Virus record (IMG/VR): IMGVR_UViG_3300025101_000019
Location: 1 to 64,000 of that record
DNA from: a virus
DNA: 64,000 bases
Reading direction: 5' to 3' (one strand)
Shown: piece after piece, positions 37,901-46,013 of the stretch
Layout of the letters: every line of letters begins with the position of its first letter
Position numbering within the stretch: the stretch's first letter is position 1
Made by a program: the position numbers and the translations under genes
Notes under the pieces: model-generated
The model's database searches: none
Seen by the model: only the letters and a program-made list of their open reading frames with translations
What the model was told of the DNA's origin: nothing

Positions 37901-40900
37901 AAAGACAACCATATCAGTAACACCTTGAGTGAAGTCAGATACTGTTCCTGATGGGTTTGCAGGGAATGTGTGTGATTCATTGGTTAAGAATGCCGTTACT
38001 GCATCTTGACCATCCGTACCAGGCGTTCCATCTGCACCACCTTGTACTTTAAATATTGTTGTACTATCAGTTATATCATCTTTAGTAACCGATAGTGTTA
38101 ATGGTAAATCAGTTTTACTTAATGTCAATCCACTAAAAGATAAACTACCACTTTGTTGTCCTGACCCCGATACTACTCCCGAAGTCCCACCTAATGATGG
38201 TGTTGATATTGGCGAACCACCTGCTTTAGTGATTGTGATATCACTTCCTGCGATTGTAGCTGACAGGTTTTGTTGACTGATTGTAAAGTTGATTACATTC
38301 GGAGTTGCGGAATCATCCGTTGAATCATCAAATGCGTATACCGATGAGTCGGTTGTTATTTGTAATGACTTTGCAGTTGCAGATTCCGTTACGGCGTTAA
38401 TTGCTTCTTCTACTGATTGAAATCCACCTTCTGGTGCAGTTATTTGAATAGTACCTTTTACTACTAAGTTAGTACCATCCCATGTAAATTTATCACCTAA
38501 TGAGAATTTTGAATCTGAACCTAAAAAGAATCCTGTGTTTGTATTACCATGTGTTCCGACACCTGTAAACAATTTGGAATCTTGCATTTTGATTCCACCA
38601 ATAGAACCTGTGTTTGCTATTATACCACCTTGAAGGAATACATTATCAGTTGCCAATCCAAATCCTGGATTTGAATTACCGAATACATAAGATGAGTTAG
38701 CCAACCCACTTAAGTCACCCAATCGAACTTTTAATCCAACATCATATAATCCACTACCTGTTCTTTCAACAATATCCATAAACGGAGTATTGGTGTCTCG
38801 TGGATTTGCATTCATTTTAATGTAACCACTACCACTCAGTCCAGTTGATACTATCACTTGACCTTCATCGTATGGTTGAGCTGCTGATGCTAAATCACCA
38901 ACAAAGTCACCTTGTGACCCACTTCCATATCCTCTTGTTACATATAGTCTACCATGTACTTCGTCTGCGCCAGAATTATCACCATCAAGTGATGCCGAGT
39001 TTACTAAAATATATTCTGTTTGGAATCCTGTACTATCTACTTTTTTAGCTAATAGAATTTCACCAACAGTAAACCCACTTGCGTTCTTAACTGACATTGT
39101 TGTGTCATTTGCAGTAATGTTTGACCCTGTTAATGTTGTTGCGTTAGTAACCCATAGTTGACCACCAACTGCGTTTACAGATTCTTTTTCAAATGTAGTT
39201 GTTCTTAGAGTACCTCTAATTCTTACATTTTCAAACTCTGCAGTTCCATTACCTTCTGAAGATATTTTCCATCCTTTAAAATTACTTGCGAAATCTTTTG
39301 TCTGTAAAATACCTTCTGGTTTCATTATAAGATTACCACCCTCAATGGATGATGTTGTAATGTCCCATCCACCAATAGATGCCGATTGGAATATAGCAAA
39401 TCCATCAGCGTCAATAGATGACGAGGCGTTTTGTCTTGTAGAAGGGTTTCCACTAATTTGTGCAGGAGTACGAATGTTGTTTGCAGTAACTGCCCCTAAG
39501 ATAGTTACACCATCTGTAATCGTACCACCTTCTATTAATACTTTTGATGCGGTTATATCACCTTGAGCTTTTAATCTTAATGAATTGTCTGATGACCTAA
39601 TCTCATCTGAAACAACCTCAAATCCTGCAATAGATGCAGATGCAAATCTTGCAAAACCATCTTGGTCAATTGACGATGATGCGTTTGCTTTAGTTGAAGG
39701 AGCTCCATTAACTACGGCAGGAGTCCTAATTTGATTTACTGTAAGTGATGATTTTATTGTTGCGTTTGTACCAATTATCAATTGACCTGTGTTTGGGTCT
39801 AAGTGAAAGTCAGATGAACTAATTTCAATCTTACCATCCGAACCACTCATAAATTGACTACCCGGCGTACCTATAAAAAACTTCTCTGCTTTTACATCTA
39901 ATAAACCACTACCTGATGTTGTGAATATAAGGTGACTCTTATCATTCTCAGATACGAACTCAAATCCGACACCTTCCATTAAGTCACTACCAACTACCAA
40001 GTTACCACTACCAGAATATATTAAAAATCCACCTGGCCCTTTTCCTTCGGATGCGGATGTAAATCCTTTATATCCAACAGACCTTAAGAATCCACTACTT
40101 GCTCCACCGATTTCAATACCACTACCTAATGCGTTTGATATAAAAATAGAACCTGTTATTAAAGAACCCTTACCACCAATGAAAGTAGTAGAACCTGGAA
40201 ATACTACATCTTCTATTATAATGAAAGTTTCCGATGGTTCGTTTTTACTATTTAAGAATTCTATTCTAATAGTCTTGGGGTCACCAATATGTTGAGATGG
40301 TATTGGTATTGTAAATATGAAGTCTGAACCATCAGTTGGTTCTATATATCGTGTTGTTGCAATTGTTTCGAAATCAGTACCAAGTCCTTGTGATTTAACA
40401 GAGGTTCTTAGTAATTCAATTTTACCTGCAACTGGGTCGGCACTTGTGATTGTAAATGTAGATACTGTTTGTAGGTTTTGTGATGTTCCTACCGATGCCG
40501 ATGAAAAATATTCAATGTGAGCAGGAATTGTTGCTGCATCACTAAATCTGTACTGGTGGTCTCGACTACCCGTTATAGGGTCTTTTATTTGTAATATGTC
40601 ACTACTTGATACACTTAAGATAGATGATGTAAAGTTTGTTGGTTGTGCAACACCTTTTTGTCTTGGGAAAATAGTTTGTGATGATAAATCTAATCTTACT
40701 TCACCACCAATCATCATACTATTAAATCCAGTACCAGTCGTTTTGGTTAGAATTACATCATCACCAAAAGTTGACCTTTGATACTTGACACTATGTGTAT
40801 CTGTTGTTAATGTTAGGGTTGCGTTTCTACCCTGACCCAATTCATCTTCAGTTTCTTGATTTAATTCAAATGTACTAAATGGTTGTAAACTTGCAGATAT

Positions 40901-41425
40901 TGATGCGAGTGGTAAAATCTTTTCATCAAAAATAATATCGGAAGAAGACCCTTGATTTACTCTTACAGGAATATCTCTATTCCATCTTACTGCGTTTCCA
41001 TTTCTAGCCGTACCTACAATTGTTACTTTTGCAGTTCCAGATGCGGTATTTTCTGATGGGTCTGTTCTATCTGTATAAACCCAAATACTAACTATCTTAC
41101 TTCCATCTCGTTCCTTTCCATTCATTATCTCAAAATAGATTGGATTTCCTTTTGAATCAAGAACCTCTATTTGTATTTCAGAGTTTCTTTTAAGTGAGTT
41201 GGAACCTGTTAGTCGTATTGTGTTTTTACCTGACCCAAAGAATTCGGGCACTTCCGTTACATTAAAAAATGTTGAGGTTGGATTGGTATCCTCTACAACA
41301 GGCGGTTTCGCAGGTGAAAATCGTGGGGTCGGTCCAGACCTTGCATCTCTCAAACTCGCACTTGTTCTTGGTGCGAATTGTTTGTTTAGATTTTTCTTAC
41401 CTCTTCTTCTGAATGGTATTGCCAT
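31940..41425 (-). CDS. Giant tail/fibre protein (3161 aa) with five two-domain repeats, short collagen segments, a mini-intein and a C-terminal chaperone-like domain
   Basis: Repeated DAVTAFLTNE...MSL and QQNL...FKVEGG units, GAQGGKGAQG collagen, a Hint domain at residues 2806-2942, and a GDLLCSSDTPGYLMKQ C-terminal segment. Confidence 0.8.
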   Translation of the reverse strand: MAIPFRRRGKKNLNKQFAPRTSASLRDARSGPTPRFSPAKPPVVEDTNPTSTFFNVTEVPEFFGSGKNTIRLTGSNSLKRNSEIQIEVLDSKGNPIYFEIMNGKERDGSKIVSIWVYTDRTDPSENTASGTAKVTIVGTARNGNAVRWNRDIPVRVNQGSSSDIIFDEKILPLASISASLQPFSTFELNQETEDELGQGRNATLTLTTDTHSVKYQRSTFGDDVILTKTTGTGFNSMMIGGEVRLDLSSQTIFPRQKGVAQPTNFTSSILSVSSSDILQIKDPITGSRDHQYRFSDAATIPAHIEYFSSASVGTSQNLQTVSTFTITSADPVAGKIELLRTSVKSQGLGTDFETIATTRYIEPTDGSDFIFTIPIPSQHIGDPKTIRIEFLNSKNEPSETFIIIEDVVFPGSTTFIGGKGSLITGSIFISNALGSGIEIGGASSGFLRSVGYKGFTSASEGKGPGGFLIYSGSGNLVVGSDLMEGVGFEFVSENDKSHLIFTTSGSGLLDVKAEKFFIGTPGSQFMSGSDGKIEISSSDFHLDPNTGQLIIGTNATIKSSLTVNQIRTPAVVNGAPSTKANASSSIDQDGFARFASASIAGFEVVSDEIRSSDNSLRLKAQGDITASKVLIEGGTITDGVTILGAVTANNIRTPAQISGNPSTRQNASSSIDADGFAIFQSASIGGWDITTSSIEGGNLIMKPEGILQTKDFASNFKGWKISSEGNGTAEFENVRIRGTLRTTTFEKESVNAVGGQLWVTNATTLTGSNITANDTTMSVKNASGFTVGEILLAKKVDSTGFQTEYILVNSASLDGDNSGADEVHGRLYVTRGYGSGSQGDFVGDLASAAQPYDEGQVIVSTGLSGSGYIKMNANPRDTNTPFMDIVERTGSGLYDVGLKVRLGDLSGLANSSYVFGNSNPGFGLATDNVFLQGGIIANTGSIGGIKMQDSKLFTGVGTHGNTNTGFFLGSDSKFSLGDKFTWDGTNLVVKGTIQITAPEGGFQSVEEAINAVTESATAKSLQITTDSSVYAFDDSTDDSATPNVINFTISQQNLSATIAGSDITITKAGGSPISTPSLGGTSGVVSGSGQQSGSLSFSGLTLSKTDLPLTLSVTKDDITDSTTIFKVQGGADGTPGTDGQDAVTAFLTNESHTFPANPSGTVSDFTQGVTDMVVFEGITNKTSNYSFSGTGSLGVSFSQDTDTFSITAMGHDSGSLTVTAVSASTQLVKTMSLAKSTAGAAGAKGADGLAGSNAKTLVASLDSQVMAFDSASDNTATPTNVIFSFNQQNLNAAIGSSDITITTQGDDAITNFAFNNTNVTSTDGKFSGIASGSIVFGNNLNAGGIEGTKSHFPITISATKNGLTDTIKLFKVEGGSDGSPGSDGTDAVTAFLTNEAHTFAAQSDGTIVSFTDASSSMQVFEGTTNVTANYTYSRTGSLQTESTLSGTNGNIVSISAMVHDSGSIIITAVSASTQLAKTMSLVKSKQGTAGLAGSNAKTLQVTVDSQVYAFDTSADTTATPSSISFIINQQNLSGALSTGNVTITKNGGGTITTPSLGGNVSDGSGLLSGSITFDNGATPAAGKVVSKTHLPITIEVSKDTFTDSIKVFKVEGGTSGTDGTDAVTAFLTNENHNFPADSGGSIASFAGGVTDVKVFEGVTDKSSNYLFSATASTGTTFSHLQSAGGSSGNATTAGHNHFSITGLNADSGSLTINAVSSSTRLIKTMSLTRTKQGADGNPGTSAKLLIGSLDSPVFAFDDSSDNDPTPSNIIFSFQQQNLTGTIGASDITITRNGGSVVTGFDFDNSDVSNGTGIVSGSLKWVGGQSAGGMQQTKGFLPVEISCTKDGLTDSVKIFKVEGGSDGSPGSDGTSAVSALLTNDSHTLPLSSSDEVISFAGASTEMIVFEGVTDSTSDYSISVTKSAHITTSGTNPVTITNTTSPFSGSIVLTAVSASTQIAKTMSVAVARQGDDGLDGSTARSLTLLSDSQTFAFDDSSDTTSTPTTITMSVVQQNLAHTIDKNDITITKGGGNSITTPNLSGTVTNGTGTQTFTLTFDNGASNAAGKVTNKNQFPITIEVSNNASDLSDSITIFKVEGGSDGTPGADGSDAVTGFLTNESHTIPANAAGSIASGGLNGAITDMIVFEGITDKTNSYKYAGTGSSGVSFSQLQNAGGSSGNATTNGHNHFTITGLTQDSGSLEINAISGSGSQKVIIAKTMSFSKSKQGSAGAQGGKGAQGGQGAQGGKGAKGGKGSAGSNGTNGAKGATGAQGADNQDFSFLGDTLSAIPFPAPAGLVMNSEVLGYHNALTSAATINDMSAFMDNDGNFYLGSGSGALGAGYFAWDNGSKTLLISGSGVDFAVQEFYFGRGLTSISGSNGNIKISGDVELVGRNQPEALYFEDFNAATREARPSYIDQGKNPKLDGSGVGMAIVGGAITANDSITDTDYGQFFGPVAIIGNNSGTDDMAWLSSNTVMPFNPNSLYEIEVRVQRAAGAYNYLYAGITAFSSSLHTDGSTKLTAINAAGNTTGTGGNYGSQHYFAASGAQPAIGEWVIYKGYFKGTAGYYQTGGVHPNIHDPGQVWTTTNAFAPMILVNYNGAAGKTYIDYIKVTEFAGGGGSTTISGDSIKTGTIRSNNLSTTQGSIISLDKGTFKMGGTSSPKLEFDGTTLSIDGTVTAGAGSIGGWTIGSSHIGIKGTATSNDTYGDFTLGSSGYISAPQFKIAQDGTATFKGILEDTATFKSGSTTKAFNTMFGVDSTGLILKVPRFRDSDGTVRNAATRFTDLEDDIDTELTSISSAISSGGSYSCVLPGTKIITKRGEINIEDTKNDDIIKVFNFETKEWGWSPIDEITTNKVKGWSLIKTESDKELKCSNSHLLYHPDYPNSEIAIDELGVGGELYVVDGEKIFIDKIKSVETFDEEVEVWNYELDIVHNYVSNGILSHNTLSKLSPAPSGLSGQETTLGHQYKKDITSDINSGDLVKLGANNELHKVTTAKDTNVVGILWEKLELNYVQKFEGFALGKNKTSDSDELTPPEEYYSASRKDSFGDYIPVSQTGSKEIWKVASIGDSVTQDESGSFVLPGFKLCNQGGDVSKGDLLCSSDTPGYLMKQPSEWVVTSFSGSSPVYEERQSHTSYTVAKCMISSSWDSNGRMENVYGYLYCG
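32600..33010 (-). mobile_element. Mini-intein/Hint domain (137 aa, no homing endonuclease)
   Basis: S|CVLPGTKI (block A), LKCSNSH (block B), VWNYELDIVHNYVSNGILSHN|T (blocks F/G). Confidence 0.88.
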
Positions 41426-41444
41426 TTATACTCTCCATATATAA

Positions 41445-44400
41445 CTATAAATATGAAACTTTTGAGAACCCACGAACTTTACTGATATCTATTATTTGGT
41501 CTACCATGTCTCTCGTTTTGTCAATATGACTTATTGTTACAATAAAATCAAATTGTGTCTTAAGGTAATCAAATAATAAATATAGAGAATTAAAGTTATC
41601 AGTATCTAAAGAACCGAATCCTTCGTCAATGGCGATAAAGTTTGGTCTTGGTAAATTAGATACATTTATTAACGCAGTTCTTATTGCGATAGAAGATATA
41701 AACTTTTCCATACCACTTGTTAATTCAAGAGGCCAGTATTCATCAGTACCATATGCGATATATGAATTGATGTTTTTACCATCTGTATTTAGTAATACTT
41801 GGAAGTCTACTATCGGTTGTAGTATGTTGTTTATTTCTATTTCTAATTTTGGTAATACTTCGGATATTAGTTGATACGGAATTCCATCTCGTCTAACACA
41901 CTTAAGATAAAACTCATATCCATCGTACTTGATTTCCATATCACGAAGTTTTTCTATTGATTCATTAACTTGTTGTATAGACTTTTCTGCTAATTTTATA
42001 TCAGAGTTAATCGACATTACTTCTTCGTTAACCTCGGATATTTTGTCTTTTAAACTTTCTCGTGTGTTTTTAAAAGAATCAATTCTTTCATTTACTAGCT
42101 TGTTGTGCTCAACTGCTTGTTGTTGCTTATTTGCTTTGTCAATTGTTTTAGATAAAGTCTGTATTTCGGAGTTGTATTTATCTACTAACTTAATACACTC
42201 ATCATAAACCTTTGTTGCATCTAACCACTCTTTACCCAAATCCAATTGTTCATCTACCAAGGATTCATAGTCTTGTAGTTGATTTCTAACATCAAAGTCA
42301 TTTCGGTCTTCTAATACTTTTATTTTAGTTTTAATTAACTTTTCATATTTTGTATTTTGACTCTTAATGTCTTTCTGTAATTGTTCTGCTTGTTTGGCGA
42401 ATGGTGTATTTTTATTCTGTACACAATGTTCACAATTGTCGTCAAAGGTTAATTGCCCAATACCATCTAAGTGAGACCTCATATGTTTTAAGTCTAACTC
42501 AATGGTCTGAGATTGTTTTTCTAAATCATTAAATTTTACATTTAAAGTTTCATACTTAATATTCTTACCTTTAAGTTCTTTGATATTTAATTTCTTTAAT
42601 TTAGATTCTATATCTTTTTGTTTGGCTTCGATATCATTAATCTGTAATTTATTGAAATCACATTCTGAGTTTTGATTGTCTAAAAGAACTTTGACCTCGT
42701 CTAACTTAGATTCTAAGGTTTCTATATCACCGATATCCTCGACTGGTTTTAAAGTTCTCATTTCAAACTCCATTTTCATATTGGTGTTATCTAACTTTAA
42801 TTCGAGTTCATCTTTTCTTTCTTGTAACTCATCTAAAGAACCTGTGATTGATGTTAGAGATTGTTCTGCTTCAATTAACTGACTTGGAAAGTCTTCTTTC
42901 TTATATTCTCTAAGTAATGTGTTTAACTCTCTAATCTCTTCACTTGCTATCGCCCATAAATCTTCGAATACATCCATATCCAAAAATTGTGCTAATAGTT
43001 CTTTTCTTTCCTTTTGAGATTTTTCTATGAACCCACTACTATTAGATTGTGTTGACATCGCAGTTAAAACAAAGTCTTCATATGTTCCAATGTACTCACG
43101 AATGATTGCGTTGGTCTCTCTTCTTTGTTCACCATTAAGTGATTGTCTTTCACCATCTACAATACGATAAAACTCCACATCAACTTTTACAGTTCCTCTT
43201 TTTGGACTTTTCTTTGCTTTTCGTTCTATAAAGTATTGTACATTATTTAATTCAAATTGGAACTTACAATCAAATCCCATTTTAGAATAGTTTAGAACAT
43301 CCTCTGCTCTGATTGTCCTTGAACATTTATCAAACATACAAAAAGACAATGCGTCCCATAGAGTTGACTTACCACTTGCGTTTGGTGCGAAGATTCCATA
43401 TGCACCTTTCATGTTTGTAAAGTCAATTACATTGTTAGTTCCATATGAGAACATATTAGAAAACTCAAATCTTCTTGGAATCCAAGTTGAATTACTAATA
43501 ACATTATGTTTACCAAGTTTATCGTTTATGTCATTATTAATCTGAGTAACTACTTCAAGTTGTTCTTTTGTAAGATGGTCAGTCTCTTCTAAATATTCAG
43601 AAATTAATTTGTTTTGAAATCCTGTATCTCTTACATTTTGTAAAACTATTGATTGGTGTTCTACATCTCTTTTTCGAGTAAGAACTTTCTGTACTGTTAG
43701 TTCTTGAACATCCCTACCTTTTTTTATTTCTGCTATAAGTTTGTTTAGTTGTGATGTCTTAGTATCTTTTACCCTTACTCTTATTCTTGGTTTATTTGGA
43801 ATGTAGTTATCAGATACTATCTTACCATTCTCAATATCAATAGTAACATAACCATAATCATTGTGAACTTCGATAAACTTACTTTGTAAAGTTTCCATGT
43901 CCCAAACTAAAATACCATGCTTTGGATATTTAGCCTCACCATGATTTTGAACTATAAGAGAACCTGGATATTTTATATGTGAATTACCCATTACTGAATT
44001 ATTAGGTTTATGAATATCACCTAATAAAACTAAATCAAAATCAGTAAAGTGAGATACTTTAACATTTTTGTTTTGAATCACAAATCCATGTTCCGTTTCT
44101 ATATTATCTACGGGGCCATGGAATACACCAATTCTACCATTATTCTTTTTATAGTCTTTTGCTTGTGGGAATCCTTCAGAAGTATCCCATATTGATTTAT
44201 GTATAAATGTATAACCACCAATACCATAACCACCTGTATCTCTTAGGTAGTAAAGGTTTTTGTGGTCTAATGCTTTCATGATTGGACTGAGTGCATCAAG
44301 TCTTGATGTGTTGTTTAGATTTGCATCGTGATTACCAGGAATTACAATAGTTGGTAATAAGTCTGCTAACTTACAAAAGAATTCTTGAGTTAAATCTACA

Positions 44401-44615
44401 ACCTCAGGTGACATATCTGTTTTTGCGTGAACAATATCACCTGCAATATAGATGATATCATTTTCACCCATAGTAGATAATATGTGTCCGTACAATTGTG
44501 AGAATACCTCACGATACTCTTTATGTCTTTTTAGATTTCTAATATGAACATCGGCAATATGATATATCTTATCAATTTTCTCAACACCGATGTCGATGTA
44601 TTTTATTTTTCTCAT
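41445..44615 (-). CDS. Fused Mre11/SbcD nuclease and Rad50/SbcC ATPase (gp47-gp46-like)
   Basis: ADVH, GDIVH, GNHD and GDIH phosphoesterase motifs; APNASGKST; CEHC hook; SGME; IDEGFGSLD. Confidence 0.92.
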   Translation of the reverse strand: MRKIKYIDIGVEKIDKIYHIADVHIRNLKRHKEYREVFSQLYGHILSTMGENDIIYIAGDIVHAKTDMSPEVVDLTQEFFCKLADLLPTIVIPGNHDANLNNTSRLDALSPIMKALDHKNLYYLRDTGGYGIGGYTFIHKSIWDTSEGFPQAKDYKKNNGRIGVFHGPVDNIETEHGFVIQNKNVKVSHFTDFDLVLLGDIHKPNNSVMGNSHIKYPGSLIVQNHGEAKYPKHGILVWDMETLQSKFIEVHNDYGYVTIDIENGKIVSDNYIPNKPRIRVRVKDTKTSQLNKLIAEIKKGRDVQELTVQKVLTRKRDVEHQSIVLQNVRDTGFQNKLISEYLEETDHLTKEQLEVVTQINNDINDKLGKHNVISNSTWIPRRFEFSNMFSYGTNNVIDFTNMKGAYGIFAPNASGKSTLWDALSFCMFDKCSRTIRAEDVLNYSKMGFDCKFQFELNNVQYFIERKAKKSPKRGTVKVDVEFYRIVDGERQSLNGEQRRETNAIIREYIGTYEDFVLTAMSTQSNSSGFIEKSQKERKELLAQFLDMDVFEDLWAIASEEIRELNTLLREYKKEDFPSQLIEAEQSLTSITGSLDELQERKDELELKLDNTNMKMEFEMRTLKPVEDIGDIETLESKLDEVKVLLDNQNSECDFNKLQINDIEAKQKDIESKLKKLNIKELKGKNIKYETLNVKFNDLEKQSQTIELDLKHMRSHLDGIGQLTFDDNCEHCVQNKNTPFAKQAEQLQKDIKSQNTKYEKLIKTKIKVLEDRNDFDVRNQLQDYESLVDEQLDLGKEWLDATKVYDECIKLVDKYNSEIQTLSKTIDKANKQQQAVEHNKLVNERIDSFKNTRESLKDKISEVNEEVMSINSDIKLAEKSIQQVNESIEKLRDMEIKYDGYEFYLKCVRRDGIPYQLISEVLPKLEIEINNILQPIVDFQVLLNTDGKNINSYIAYGTDEYWPLELTSGMEKFISSIAIRTALINVSNLPRPNFIAIDEGFGSLDTDNFNSLYLLFDYLKTQFDFIVTISHIDKTRDMVDQIIDISKVRGFSKVSYL
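41446..41453 (-). promoter_or_regulatory. Putative late promoter (TATTTATA) for the giant tail gene
   Basis: Motif overlaps the end of the Mre11-Rad50 gene. A GGAG SD follows. Confidence 0.55.
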
Positions 44616-45547
44616 ACATTAAAAAGCTGATACTCCATTAACTTTCTTAAGTCTAATGATGGTGTATCATAAATTTTTTGGTTTATATTTTCATAACCCA
44701 TATCGGATGCGTCTTCCTCACCCATATCAACCAAATGCGTATCTATCCCATACGACATAAACTTCTTTGAAAGACCTATGGCATTAGATAGAGCATCGGA
44801 ATCTAAACAAATATACAACTTTTTTACTTTATTTGCAACTATTTTCTTTTCTAATTCCGATTGGATTGATTTTCCGAATAATGGTATTGCGTTTCTTCGT
44901 ATTGCGATTGCGTCAAACGCCCCCTCACATAATACCAATGGTGTATCCCAATTTATTAAAAGGTCAAACCCTATAATGTTTTTAGATACCTTTGGATTCT
45001 TATGTTTAAATTTGCTTTGATAGAATGACCTACCTACAAAAAAGTTTAGCCGCCCTCTGTCATCATACGATGGTATAATAATCTTATCTTCATATTCTCC
45101 TGTTTCACAATATCCAATATTGTATTTAATTATATCTTCGGGTCTCAATCCCCGTTTTAACAAATAATTTAATGCGTGTTTATACTTGAAAGAATCTGAC
45201 TTCTTATAAAGTGGTTTAAATTCCTTTGGTAATTCTACTTGCTCTACGATAGTATCAGTTTGATAATCTGAATTGTATCGATTTACCCTGCTGAATATAC
45301 TATTGTACTCATCCCATGTTGATTTGGATACACGAAGTTTCTTGAATAAGGTTTTAATTGTACGACCCTTTTCATCCGATATCCAACAATGCCATGGATT
45401 CTTACCATCAGAAGTAATTTTAATATTTACTTCTAACTTGGGTTTATAGTGGTCAACAAATGGTGAGTAAAACGCATAGTTATCACCTGATGTTCTCTTG
45501 GATTTACCAAGAACGGACTCCAATAATTGCAGTAGTCTATCTTCCAT
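44612..45547 (-). CDS. DNA primase (DnaG/TOPRIM type)
   Basis: YLLKRG, IIIPSYD, FFVGR, LCEGAFDA and CLDSDA motifs. Confidence 0.9.
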   Translation of the reverse strand: MEDRLLQLLESVLGKSKRTSGDNYAFYSPFVDHYKPKLEVNIKITSDGKNPWHCWISDEKGRTIKTLFKKLRVSKSTWDEYNSIFSRVNRYNSDYQTDTIVEQVELPKEFKPLYKKSDSFKYKHALNYLLKRGLRPEDIIKYNIGYCETGEYEDKIIIPSYDDRGRLNFFVGRSFYQSKFKHKNPKVSKNIIGFDLLINWDTPLVLCEGAFDAIAIRRNAIPLFGKSIQSELEKKIVANKVKKLYICLDSDALSNAIGLSKKFMSYGIDTHLVDMGEEDASDMGYENINQKIYDTPSLDLRKLMEYQLFNV

Positions 45548-45576
45548 TTAATATAAAGTTACCTTAATATACGAAA

Positions 45577-46011
45577 TTATTTCGAGAATGCAAAGAAATT
45601 TTGTGAAGGTTTTTCATCTATCCATTCTTGTGGGATTTCCTTCTTTGCCCATTTGAACCCATTCTTCTCACACCACTCGGCGTAAGTAGTTTTAGAACCT
45701 TTGTATATTTTACCATTCGGTGATTGTAATACAAACCTTAAATCCATCTCTGGATTTTGTTCTTTTATTAATAAATGTTTTTTTCTATCTTCAGGTAAAA
45801 ACCACCCTTTCGATTCTATATAGATTCCATTTGGTAATTTAAAATCTGGTTTGTAAGTATGGTGTGTTGCTGGTATTGTATATGATACTTCGTGTTTTTC
45901 ATATTCACCATCGATACCTTGAGCTTGAAGTTGTTCATCAATTCGTGTCTCAAGGCCGGACTTATGTCCTTTTTGTTTTTGGATGTGACTCCAATTGCCT
46001 TTTTTATTCAT
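45577..46011 (-). CDS. T7 endonuclease I-like Holliday junction resolvase
   Basis: KSGLE, YKPDF, IESKG, DRKKH and KTTYAEWC motifs. Confidence 0.9.
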   Translation of the reverse strand: MNKKGNWSHIQKQKGHKSGLETRIDEQLQAQGIDGEYEKHEVSYTIPATHHTYKPDFKLPNGIYIESKGWFLPEDRKKHLLIKEQNPEMDLRFVLQSPNGKIYKGSKTTYAEWCEKNGFKWAKKEIPQEWIDEKPSQNFFAFSK

Positions 46012-46013
46012 AA

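Noticed and set aside
45548-45582. TTTCGTATATT upstream of primase as an early/middle promoter
   Set aside because: Only one instance was noticed in the window, which is too little to define a motif.
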